Part shown: positions 51,647 to 60,799 of the stretch, in pieces | Layout: the number at the start of each line of letters is the position of its first letter | Position numbering within the stretch: position 1 is the first letter of the stretch | Source: Candidatus Poribacteria bacterium | Lineage (GTDB): Bacteria > Poribacteria > WGA-4E > JAJDTR01 | DNA length: 64,000 nt | Direction of reading: 5' to 3' | NCBI GenBank assembly: GCA_965222225.1 | Contig: CBDCTK010000002.1 | Span: 4,224,001 to 4,288,000, forward strand | The notes under the pieces: generated by a model | Database searches by the model: none | What the model was told of the DNA's origin: nothing | Seen by the model: only the letters and a program-made list of their open reading frames with translations | Position numbers and translations under genes: made by a program

Positions 51647-52624
51647 ATGGCTTTAACACAAGCGCAACTCAATAAGTTTCACGAAGATGGCTTTCTCATA
51701 GTGGAAGACGTTTTCGACAAGAAGGATGTGGAAGCCGCTAGAATCGAAATGGAAAAGATCTTCTACGGCACGAGTTTCGAGGATTACCTTGCGAAGTTTG
51801 ACTCCACCGGCGAAGCGGAATCCGCCGACCCCACCCATACGGGGGCAGTTGCCCACTACGGCGAAACAAAACACGGGCGCCCCCAATTCCCGACAGGCAT
51901 TGACGCACTCGATCGCCTCATTGAGAACGATGACTATCTTGACATGTATGAGCAATGCCTCGGAACATCGGACATAAGTTACTGCAACGGCCACCTGTTT
52001 CTGCGCACAGGCCCCACCGACGAGCGACACGCCGAACACCCGTGGCAAGGATATCACATTGACCATTCAACAAACTGCTTTCTGCCGCCTAGCCAGGAGG
52101 TGGATTTATATAACTATGTTAACTCCGGCGTTTATCTCCACGATGTTGAAGACGATGGCGCCCCGATGCAAATCATCCCCGGCACCCATCGCCAGATTAT
52201 TGATCTGCTGCCCCGGCTTATTGAAGAGGATAACTGGACCGGGCACGGAGGAATTAAAGATATCCGGGAAATCCCCGAATTTCCCCCACCCGTAGCCACC
52301 ACTGCCAAGGCAGGCAGCGTCCGATTCAATAGTTCCTACGGTGTTCACGCGGCGATCCCCTTCAAAAACAAGCGTAGACAGCGAGGATATTGGACACTCT
52401 CACTCTGCCGCGGAGATAGCAGCCAGTTCACGAAATTGTCGAACCTATGGAGGGAACGGGAGTTTTCCGTTCCATTCTGGCAGACAACCACATCGCGCGT
52501 GCGGTCACTTTTCGGTTGGCCCAAGCCGGGACACCCCTACTACACGCCCGAGACCGTTGAATTCCTCGCACACTGGTATCCGGAGATGGACCTAACGCCG
52601 TATAAAGAAGCAATGGAGGGGTGA
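51647..52624 (+). CDS. PhyH-family Fe/2OG dioxygenase
   Basis: YHID, IIPGTH, VHAA..R. Confidence 0.88.
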   Translation: MALTQAQLNKFHEDGFLIVEDVFDKKDVEAARIEMEKIFYGTSFEDYLAKFDSTGEAESADPTHTGAVAHYGETKHGRPQFPTGIDALDRLIENDDYLDMYEQCLGTSDISYCNGHLFLRTGPTDERHAEHPWQGYHIDHSTNCFLPPSQEVDLYNYVNSGVYLHDVEDDGAPMQIIPGTHRQIIDLLPRLIEEDNWTGHGGIKDIREIPEFPPPVATTAKAGSVRFNSSYGVHAAIPFKNKRRQRGYWTLSLCRGDSSQFTKLSNLWREREFSVPFWQTTTSRVRSLFGWPKPGHPYYTPETVEFLAHWYPEMDLTPYKEAMEG

Positions 52625-53517
52625 TGCCCCGAATTGATGCTCATCTTCACGTTTTCACCAAGGCGTCCACAGAGTTTCCGAGGGAAACCAATGAACTCTG
52701 GCCCGCTGAGCGGGAAGAATCCGTGGAAAAATTGCTAGTTGAGATGGAAACGCATCAGATTGACCAAGCGGTGTTGGTGCAACACCCTGGCGTGCAGATT
52801 GTGCGTCACGCCTATCTTTTGCACTGCCTCAGAACCTACCCGGACCGTTTTTTGGGCATTGGACTTATATCTCCCGATCTTCCCGACGTTGAAACCCACA
52901 TGGACACCTTGACAGATGGGACCGGGATTATCGGTTTTCGTCTTTCGACAATCGGCGGTCCTCGGGATCCCTTTGAAAAGATAAGTGTGAAGCAGCTCCG
53001 CGCCTATCGCATTTGGAAACACGCCGCAGAGAAAGATTATGTGCTCTGGCTGATTCTCCAAGCGCGCGATGCACATCTACTGCCTTATCTGCTTACCGAA
53101 TTCCCCCAGGTCAGAATTGTCATTAACCACCTTGGTATATGTCCAGGTAAAGGCAAGCTCTCATGGGGTACAAATTGCTGGCCGCGAATAGAAACACCGA
53201 TGTACAATCCGGCGTTCCACACGACCTGGCGTCTCGCACAATTCGAGAACGTCGCAATGTTGCTGTGTCTTCAGTACGCATTCAGCAACGAGCCGTTCCC
53301 ATATCGAGATCTTACGAACTGGCATCGCAGCCTCTTACGCATCTACGGATCCAAACGTCTCATGTGGGCGACCGATTTCCCGTGGATTCTTGAAGACCCG
53401 GGCTACGGCAAACTAACAACTATCATCAAAGAATTAATGCCCGATTTAACAGAGGATGAATACCGCGACATCATGGGCGGAACGGCAAAACGGTTCCTGC
53501 GCTTTCCCGACCAATGA
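52621..53517 (+). CDS. Amidohydrolase_2 family protein (lactonase-like)
   Basis: IDAHLHVF, VINHLG, RLMWATDFPW. Confidence 0.88.
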   Translation: MMPRIDAHLHVFTKASTEFPRETNELWPAEREESVEKLLVEMETHQIDQAVLVQHPGVQIVRHAYLLHCLRTYPDRFLGIGLISPDLPDVETHMDTLTDGTGIIGFRLSTIGGPRDPFEKISVKQLRAYRIWKHAAEKDYVLWLILQARDAHLLPYLLTEFPQVRIVINHLGICPGKGKLSWGTNCWPRIETPMYNPAFHTTWRLAQFENVAMLLCLQYAFSNEPFPYRDLTNWHRSLLRIYGSKRLMWATDFPWILEDPGYGKLTTIIKELMPDLTEDEYRDIMGGTAKRFLRFPDQ

Positions 53518-53658
53518 CTCGTTTTACACGGAGCGCACTGCCCTTTCTTCCTAACAGGTAAGATTAGGAACTTGTAGCACGGGTTTTAGAATCCACGTTT
53601 ATTCGCCTCGATCTACTCCCTTTTTTGAATCGCGCATCACCTGCTAAGAGGAAAAAAG

Positions 53659-54411
53659 ATGGACATTGAAGCGTTAAAAACAGAACTGGACGAGTACGGT
53701 TTCGTAGTTCTTCCCGACCTGATTCCGGCACCGGATGCCCGACACATGGCAAAGCGGCTGATGGAAATCATGGATCAGATTCCCGATTCCCACGATTTCA
53801 GCGGCGCCAATGAAACGAGTCAACACCTGCGGGGTGTTTTCAACTTTCTGCACCCTAGCGAGTTCGATCTTTTTGAGCAGATAGTTATAAATCCCGTTCT
53901 CCTTGAATTGGCGGACTACAAACTTGGCGATGGCTTTCAACTCAACACGGTCGCAGCACTCTGGCGCAAACCCGGTGCGACAATCGGCAAACTCCACGCC
54001 GATTTGCCGATGTTGACGAGGCGTGAGACTCCGTTCCCCACCCCCAAGGTGTGCTTTCTGCTCAACTGTCTATGGATGTTGGACGATTTCACTAAGGAAA
54101 ACGGTGCCACGCGCGTGATGCCTTTCAGCCATCACGCCGGAATCGCCCCTAGAGCCGAAGTAGACTACCGGCATTTGGTGCCAATCGAAGGACGCGCCGG
54201 ATCGGTTGTCGTGCTCAATGGTCCGGTTTGGCATGCCGCTTGGTCAAACACGACGAAAGATGACCAACGTATTGGCGCCCCCGTTCCCTATCATGCACGG
54301 TGGATGGATCCCACCGATCCGGCTCTGGGATGGTGCCTCCATAAACGCAGCGTCCGGGACAAATTCTCGCCCATGATGCAAGAGCTAACGCAACACGTAG
54401 AAGACGACTGA
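53659..54411 (+). CDS. PhyH-family Fe/2OG dioxygenase
   Basis: LHAD, DDFTKENGATRVMPFSH, WHAAWSN..R. Confidence 0.9.
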   Translation: MDIEALKTELDEYGFVVLPDLIPAPDARHMAKRLMEIMDQIPDSHDFSGANETSQHLRGVFNFLHPSEFDLFEQIVINPVLLELADYKLGDGFQLNTVAALWRKPGATIGKLHADLPMLTRRETPFPTPKVCFLLNCLWMLDDFTKENGATRVMPFSHHAGIAPRAEVDYRHLVPIEGRAGSVVVLNGPVWHAAWSNTTKDDQRIGAPVPYHARWMDPTDPALGWCLHKRSVRDKFSPMMQELTQHVEDD

Positions 54412-54656
54412 TTAGCCGTGTAGGGTGGGCACTCCGTATCAGCCTTTAACCATCCTCGGGTTTTGCACTTCGGTTTGTAGTAGCGCAATTCATTGCGCGT
54501 TTTTTGGAGAAGTTAGTTCTGTTCGCGAACCAACAACGTTACTCGCGATAGAAGGACGCGATCGGTGTCGAACTACGAAAATCCTACTGTATTTATTCGT
54601 GTTAATCGGTGCCCTTCTGACTTCTCGTTCCCCTCAACTCAAGGAGGAAACAAACA

Positions 54657-55472
54657 ATGGCACTCACACCCCAACAATGCGAATTCTTCGATTCATTCGG
54701 ATATCTCGTGCTGCCCGGCTTACTGGCGGACGATGTCGATTGGATGGTTGAAGAACATCGCAAGGTTTTTGAACAGAACGGCATCGTCCATGATGGCACG
54801 AAACGCTCTTTCATCGTGCCGTTCATAGATCAAACCGAGAAGCTATGTACCTTACTCGACCATCCCAAGGTGCTTGAGGTGCTCGGATCTCTGTTAGGCG
54901 ATGATTTCAATTACGTCGGCAGCGATGGCAGCTACTACAGTGGCAGCACAAATTGGCACGATGACGGCGGACATCGGCCCGGCGGGCTCACCTTCGCGAA
55001 ATTCCATATCTATCTTGACACGCTGACACGCGATACGGGCTGTATCCGCGTCATCCCCGGCAGTCACCTATCAGGCGGATGGAGAGACCAACTCAGGAAG
55101 AACATCTGGCTGCAACCGTTCAGCGAAACTATAGGTGTCCTGGGGAGCGATATTCCTTGTGTCGCAATTGGAAACCAGCCTGGGGACGTCGCTGTGTTAA
55201 ATCACACCACCTATCACGCAACCTTCGGGGGCGGACCGGCACGTCGTCACTTTGACCTCAATCTGTCAAGTCGCGCAAAAACGGAAGAAGAACTCGCAGA
55301 CCTTGAGAAGTTCATCCTACCGAAAGAACGAACAAAAGAGAAACCCAGCAAATACGCGCCGGGGGTACAAGACATTATGCTCGGCACGGCTACTCCCGAG
55401 CGCATGCGCCACCTTGAGCAAGTCATTGAGCGCGAAAACCTCGATCGTGCGGCATGGGAAGCTACACAATAG
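54657..55472 (+). CDS. PhyH-family dioxygenase, tandem paralogue 1
   Basis: WHDD, IRVIPGSH, TYHATFGG..RR. Confidence 0.9.
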   Translation: MALTPQQCEFFDSFGYLVLPGLLADDVDWMVEEHRKVFEQNGIVHDGTKRSFIVPFIDQTEKLCTLLDHPKVLEVLGSLLGDDFNYVGSDGSYYSGSTNWHDDGGHRPGGLTFAKFHIYLDTLTRDTGCIRVIPGSHLSGGWRDQLRKNIWLQPFSETIGVLGSDIPCVAIGNQPGDVAVLNHTTYHATFGGGPARRHFDLNLSSRAKTEEELADLEKFILPKERTKEKPSKYAPGVQDIMLGTATPERMRHLEQVIERENLDRAAWEATQ

Positions 55473-55560
55473 TTATTGGTTTAAGGCGGAATCGGCAAGC
55501 AGCAAATCGCCGCTGGAGCGAAAGGCTGTTCAATTTTCGAAATGAGGTACATAGCCTAAA

Positions 55561-56352
55561 ATGACGCTTACCCCCCAACAATGCACTTTCTTCGAATCAT
55601 TTGGCTATCTAATTCTGCCGGGTTTATTGACGGATGACATTGATTGGATTATCCGGGAGCATCAAAAAGTCTTTGAGCAGGAGGGAGTCGTTCATGATGG
55701 CACAAAGCGCTCCTTTATTGTCCCTTTCATTGACGAAAGCAAGCATCTGTGTACTCTCCTCGATCATCCCAATGTCGTCGGGGTGCTCAGCTCGTTGTTG
55801 GGCGACTTCAACTACGTAGGGGGTGGCGGCAACTACTACAGCGGCGACACGAATTGGCACGACGACGGAGGACATCGCATCGGAGGTCTGGTTTTCGTCA
55901 AGTTTCATATATATCTCGATCCACTGACGCGCGAAACAGGTTGTATCCGAGTGATCCCAGGCAGCCATCTAGATGGCAAATGGAGGGACCAGCTACATAA
56001 AATCCGCCTTCAGGCGTTCAGCGAGGATTTGGGGATTCGAGGAGACGATGTCCCGTGTGTTACCGCTGAAACCGAACCCGGCGATGTCGTCGTCTTGAAT
56101 CACACAACGTATCACGCTTCCTTCGGCGGCGGGCCGGCACGTCGTCATCTTGACCTCAACGCCTCCAGTCGAGCGAGAACCGATGCCGAGTTCAAAGATC
56201 TCGACAAATTCATCAAGATTATAGAAGGCTTCAAACGGCAAAAGGAGCCAACGGGAGCAGAAGACATGATTCTCGGGACCGCCTCTCCCGAACGAATGCG
56301 CCACCTTGAACAGGTAATAGAACGCGAAAACTATCTTCACAACGCTCCGTGA
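55561..56352 (+). CDS. PhyH-family dioxygenase, tandem paralogue 2
   Basis: WHDD, IRVIPGSH, TYHASFGG..RR. Confidence 0.9.
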   Translation: MTLTPQQCTFFESFGYLILPGLLTDDIDWIIREHQKVFEQEGVVHDGTKRSFIVPFIDESKHLCTLLDHPNVVGVLSSLLGDFNYVGGGGNYYSGDTNWHDDGGHRIGGLVFVKFHIYLDPLTRETGCIRVIPGSHLDGKWRDQLHKIRLQAFSEDLGIRGDDVPCVTAETEPGDVVVLNHTTYHASFGGGPARRHLDLNASSRARTDAEFKDLDKFIKIIEGFKRQKEPTGAEDMILGTASPERMRHLEQVIERENYLHNAP

Positions 56353-56475
56353 TTGTAGGGTGGGCACTGTCCACCAGTCGTTGAACTTGCATGTGAGATG
56401 TTTTGCGCATTACGCAATGCTTCATCGCCATTCCCGTTACGCTTTGATATTCAACACAAAGGATGCAACCCTAAA

Positions 56476-57267
56476 ATGACTCTTACTCCGCAACAATGCA
56501 CCTTCTTCGAATCATTTGGCTATCTGATTCTACCGGACTTGATGACGGACGACGTCGCCTGGATAATTGAGGAGCATCGGAAGGTTTTTGAGCAGAAGGG
56601 CGTCAATCACGACGGATCAAAACGCTCTATGATCGTCCCATTCAGCGATCGGAGCGAGCGACTCTGCACGCTTTTAGACCATCCGAAGGTACTCGGTGCG
56701 CTGAAATCCCTACTCGGCGATGATTTCAACTACGTGGGTGGCGACGGGAACTACTACAGCGGCGAAACCGGATGGCACTCCGACGGTGGGCATCAAGTCG
56801 GTCTCTTCGCCAAATTTCATCTCTATCTTGACCCGCTGGCACGGGATACAGGAAGCATTCGCGTGATTCCCGGCAGTCACCTTATCGGGCCGTGGAGAGA
56901 CCACCTTCAGCGGACTCGTCAGCCAAACGAACTATTAGGAGTACCGGGACGCGATGTTCCATGCATCGCCGCTGAAACCGAACCCGGCGATGTTGTTGTG
57001 TTCAATCATAACATTTACCACGCCTCTTTCGGTGGGGGCACTGCTCGCCGCCACATGTGCCTCAACGTGACGAGCCGAGCAAGAACCGAAGCCGAAATCA
57101 ACGAACTTGACAGCTACCTACGCCCGGGCGGAAGACCGAAGCATTGGCCCGGAAAATATGCGCCCGGCGCACAAGACATCATGCGCAATACGGCTTCTCC
57201 CGAGCGGTATGTCCATCTGGAACAGGTAATTCAACGCGAGCAGTACTATATAAACGCAGCGCAATAA
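56476..57267 (+). CDS. PhyH-family dioxygenase, tandem paralogue 3
   Basis: Start set by homology (MTLTPQQC); WHSD, IRVIPGSH, IYHASFGG. Confidence 0.9.
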   Translation: MTLTPQQCTFFESFGYLILPDLMTDDVAWIIEEHRKVFEQKGVNHDGSKRSMIVPFSDRSERLCTLLDHPKVLGALKSLLGDDFNYVGGDGNYYSGETGWHSDGGHQVGLFAKFHLYLDPLARDTGSIRVIPGSHLIGPWRDHLQRTRQPNELLGVPGRDVPCIAAETEPGDVVVFNHNIYHASFGGGTARRHMCLNVTSRARTEAEINELDSYLRPGGRPKHWPGKYAPGAQDIMRNTASPERYVHLEQVIQREQYYINAAQ

Positions 57268-57353
57268 ATTAAGGGAGCACCACGCACCCGCCTTTGAGTT
57301 TTGTCTATCTTTGTTTATCCCTTGTCGTTTGTGCGTCTTTTACCATCTACCAA

Positions 57354-57650
57354 TAGGACTTACGTAGCAACAGGAGGCAGCTCCGGTGGGCAGGGATTAA
57401 GCAAGCGATAGCGCGTGCGATAGATATGTTTTTGCCCTGCCACGCATGGGCGGTCGCGATCGGGAGAGGATCTCTATGGGAACCCTATCGCACTCACTAC
57501 AAGATCTACTATCGCCTTCGTTATTCACTCAGTTGATCGTTCGCTTGATCGCTCCTTATCCAGTCGCTTGATCTTACAGGGATTGTGCGCAGAAATAGGA
57601 ATTAACCTACTCTGCCGCTAGCTTTTGAGTGTTCAATCGTGTAAGTCCTA
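57354..57650. mobile_element. MITE-like element with TAGGACTTAC/GTAAGTCCTA ends carrying micro-elements
   Basis: Inverted ends at 57354-57363 and 57641-57650; contains a minus-strand micro-element (57395-57427) and a triple nest (57467-57573). Confidence 0.6.
57467..57573 (+). repeat. Triple-nested 35-bp micro-element
   Basis: Three heads followed by three TTGATC tails, parsable as unit within unit within unit. Confidence 0.85.
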
Positions 57651-57710
57651 TACAAACCAAAGGGGATCTGTTTCTCATCGTGCGCCACAATCCAAGGACG
57701 AAACCTCAAA

Positions 57711-58514
57711 ATGTCATTGACCCCACAACAGTGCTCGTTCTTTGAGTCGTTCGGATACATCCTTCTGCCGCGTTTGATGACCGAAGACATTCCTTGGATA
57801 ATTGAGGAACACAGAAGAGTCTTTGAGAAAAAGGGAATCGTACATGACGGAAGCAGGCGTTCTCAGATTGTGCCTTTCAGCGATCAGAGCGAGCGACTCT
57901 GTACTTTACTCGACCATCCCAAAGTGCTCGGTGTACTTACGTCGCTGCTTGGAGACGACTTCAATTATATCGGCGGCGACGGCAACTTCTACAGCGGCGA
58001 CACAAACTGGCATTCCGACGGCTTTCATACAGTCGGTCTTTACGCCAAGTTTCATCTTTATCTCGACCCGCTGACGCGCGACACCGGTTGTATCCGCGTG
58101 ATTCCCGGCAGCCACCTAAGTGGACCATGGCGGAATCAGGCAGAACGTGGTCGCCAATCAAACGAAAATTTTGGAATCCCGGGCAGCGGCGTTCCCTGTG
58201 CCGCCATCGAGACCGAACCCGGTGACATCGTGGTATTCAATCACAATATCCTCCATGCTGCATACGGTGGAGGCACCGCCCGTTGCCACTTTTGTTTGAA
58301 TGTATCACGTCGGGCGAAAACCGAGGCCGAAATCGAAGAGCTCCACAAATACATCCGTCGTCCCGATGGATTGCCTCGTTATCATCCGAGATCCGCCAGT
58401 GTACACTCGGAACTGATGCGCCGTACCGCATCTCCCGCACGAATGCGTCACTTAGAGCAGGTTATCGAATGCGAAAGCCAGTGGCTAACAGCTAGGAGAG
58501 ATTCGCACATATGA
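57711..58514 (+). CDS. PhyH-family dioxygenase, tandem paralogue 4
   Basis: WHSD, IRVIPGSH, ILHAAYGG. Confidence 0.9.
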   Translation: MSLTPQQCSFFESFGYILLPRLMTEDIPWIIEEHRRVFEKKGIVHDGSRRSQIVPFSDQSERLCTLLDHPKVLGVLTSLLGDDFNYIGGDGNFYSGDTNWHSDGFHTVGLYAKFHLYLDPLTRDTGCIRVIPGSHLSGPWRNQAERGRQSNENFGIPGSGVPCAAIETEPGDIVVFNHNILHAAYGGGTARCHFCLNVSRRAKTEAEIEELHKYIRRPDGLPRYHPRSASVHSELMRRTASPARMRHLEQVIECESQWLTARRDSHI

Positions 58515-59347
58515 CAACCTCCGATATACTTGCCGGCGAACCGGAACTCGTTGCAACCGGATTTAAATTCACGGAAGGCCCCGTCTGGCACCCCGATGGC
58601 TATCTCTTCTTGAGCGACATTCCGGCACATCGAATCTTTAAATTGACGCCCGACGGCACTTCGGAAATCTATCGCGAACCCAGCGGCGGTGCCAACGGAT
58701 TAACCTTCGATCGCCAAGGCAGGCTCATTGCGTGTGAATACCACAGCCGTCGCGTTTCCCGCATGGAAATTGACGGCACTATCAGCACCCTCGCAGACAA
58801 CTACCGCGGCAGGCGCTTGAATAGCCCCAATGATGTGGTGGTGAAATCGAACAGCAGCATCTATTTCACCGATCCGTTCTACGGTTTCCCCGCATCCCAG
58901 GAACGTGAACTTGATTTTCAGGGCGTCTACCGCATCGCCGCGGATGGGACAATTTCACTGCTTGTCGAAGATTTCGGTGTTCCAAACGGATTGGCATTCT
59001 CACCGGACGAATGTATCCTGTATATTGACGATTCAAGGCACCAGCATGTCCGCGCCTTCGACGTTTTATCGGACGGCTCCCTCGCCAACGGGCGTATCTT
59101 GATCGATATGACAGCCGATGCGCGAGGCGCCGCAGATGGAATGAAGGTAGATATCGCCGGTAATCTCTATGTCACTGGCGCAGGCGGGACATGGGTTATC
59201 TCTCCGACAGGTGAGCACCTCGGAACCATCGTCACCCCTGAATTGCCGGAGAACTGCGCCTTCGGCGGGCCGGACCATAAGACACTCTTTATCGCAGCCA
59301 GAACCTCAATCTACAGCATTCGGCTCAAAATCAGCGGCGTCCAATAG
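58511..59347 (+). CDS. SMP-30/gluconolactonase family protein
   Basis: FTEGPVW, ANGL, LNSPND, PNGLAFSPD, ADGMKVD. Confidence 0.93.
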   Translation: MTTSDILAGEPELVATGFKFTEGPVWHPDGYLFLSDIPAHRIFKLTPDGTSEIYREPSGGANGLTFDRQGRLIACEYHSRRVSRMEIDGTISTLADNYRGRRLNSPNDVVVKSNSSIYFTDPFYGFPASQERELDFQGVYRIAADGTISLLVEDFGVPNGLAFSPDECILYIDDSRHQHVRAFDVLSDGSLANGRILIDMTADARGAADGMKVDIAGNLYVTGAGGTWVISPTGEHLGTIVTPELPENCAFGGPDHKTLFIAARTSIYSIRLKISGVQ

Positions 59348-59475
59348 TGATTTCCGCGTTATTCGTCATGTCGGCATCGGTGCGTACTATTCTGCTTTTT
59401 TTACGCATTATACCATTTCTCCATATTTACAGCGCATTAATAGCGTCAATCAAGTCTCTCCGAGGCGGGGAAAGG

Positions 59476-59547
59476 GGATTTCTATCGCACGGGACTTACT
59501 ATCGCGCTCCCTGTTCAGTCGCTTGATCGCTATTCGCTTGCTTGATC
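59476..59547 (+). repeat. Double-nested micro-element in the loop of an AGGCGGGG/CCCCGCCT REP hairpin
   Basis: Inner unit 59492-59527 splits outer unit; host stem arms at 59463-59470 and 59547-59554. Confidence 0.85.
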
Positions 59548-59715
59548 CCCGCCTACCGGTTTTGGTGTGCAGGGCATGGTTGGTATCGGTCTTTTCACAA
59601 TAGTATAATTGGGAAAACCCAATGCAACATTATTCAATCGAGATGGTATTACGTATTATTTTCTTAGCTTCTTCTCACGCCTCATTTTGATTCTTGACCA
59701 AGGAAACGTAAACAC

Positions 59716-60639
59716 ATGCAATATCGTCAGTTGGGTAATTCCGGGATTGAAGTACCCGTTCTAGGGCTGGGCGGTTGGACACTGGGCGGAGCAGCTTACG
59801 GAGCCGTTGACCGGGACACGGCGGTGACCGCCATGCGCACAGCATTCGACCTCGGCATCACTCTCATTGACGGCGCCCCGTACTATGGCCAGACTGAGAC
59901 GTGGTTCGGAGAGGAATTTCGCTCTCGACGCCACGAAGTGTTCCTCATCACCAAGTCTCAGAGTCGACCTTACACAAAGGTAAATCTATTTGCCAACATT
60001 GAAGGCAGCCTAAAAAATTTACGCACAGATTACGCCGACCTCTATGTAATCTTTCCCGATGCGAATACTTCCGTGGACGACATCCTTGATGGGTTAATTC
60101 AGGTAAAAGAATCTGGCAAAGCCCGCGTCGTGGGCGTCACCAATTGGGATAGCTGTATGCTACAGGCATCCGTTGGCAAGGTAGAACTGGCTACCAATCA
60201 GCTCGGTTACAGCCTTTTCGATCGCTATTGGCAAAAGACCGTATTCCCAACTTGCGCCGAGCTAGGTATCGGTGTTATGGCATACAGTCCGCTCGCTCAG
60301 GGACTCCTCAGCGGCGCTATTACCCGCGACACCAAACTTCCGCCGGACGACGTGCGAACACATAACAATCTGTACGCCCCCGAAAACCTCCCCACGAATT
60401 TGACCGTAGTGGAGAGGTTGAATGAATTCGCAAGTGAACGCGGGTTGACACTCTCCCAACTGGCGCTGGCATGGACGCTCACCAATCCGCTCGTAAGTGT
60501 GGCAATCATCGGAACCCGGCGCCCAAATCGGTTGGCGGAAGATATCGGCGCGCTTGATGCGCAATTAACTCCTGTGGAGTTAGCCCGACTTGAAAGCATT
60601 GTCGCCAATATCTCCGGAGTTGCCCCACGCTTCGGTTGA
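59716..60639 (+). CDS. Aldo/keto reductase
   Basis: MQYRQLGNSG, D..YYG, SLKNLRTDYADLY, AYSPLAQGLL. Confidence 0.92.
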   Translation: MQYRQLGNSGIEVPVLGLGGWTLGGAAYGAVDRDTAVTAMRTAFDLGITLIDGAPYYGQTETWFGEEFRSRRHEVFLITKSQSRPYTKVNLFANIEGSLKNLRTDYADLYVIFPDANTSVDDILDGLIQVKESGKARVVGVTNWDSCMLQASVGKVELATNQLGYSLFDRYWQKTVFPTCAELGIGVMAYSPLAQGLLSGAITRDTKLPPDDVRTHNNLYAPENLPTNLTVVERLNEFASERGLTLSQLALAWTLTNPLVSVAIIGTRRPNRLAEDIGALDAQLTPVELARLESIVANISGVAPRFG

Positions 60640-60799
60640 ATCGTGCACTATATTCCCCGTGTCTAATTTACGTCTATCAATGTCTCTCTTGCGCAATTTT
60701 CTTTTCAATCTCTGTTCTCTAGTTCTTCTCGCTAGCGACTAACCACCGCGTATTTGCGTTCAACGATTTTCACATCATTTCCTTCGGGGAGCACTTCCG

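Noticed and set aside
57467-57573. Variable dinucleotides as DGR adenine mutagenesis
   Set aside because: Variation is paired and compensatory, non-coding, and no RT or TR/VR pair is visible.
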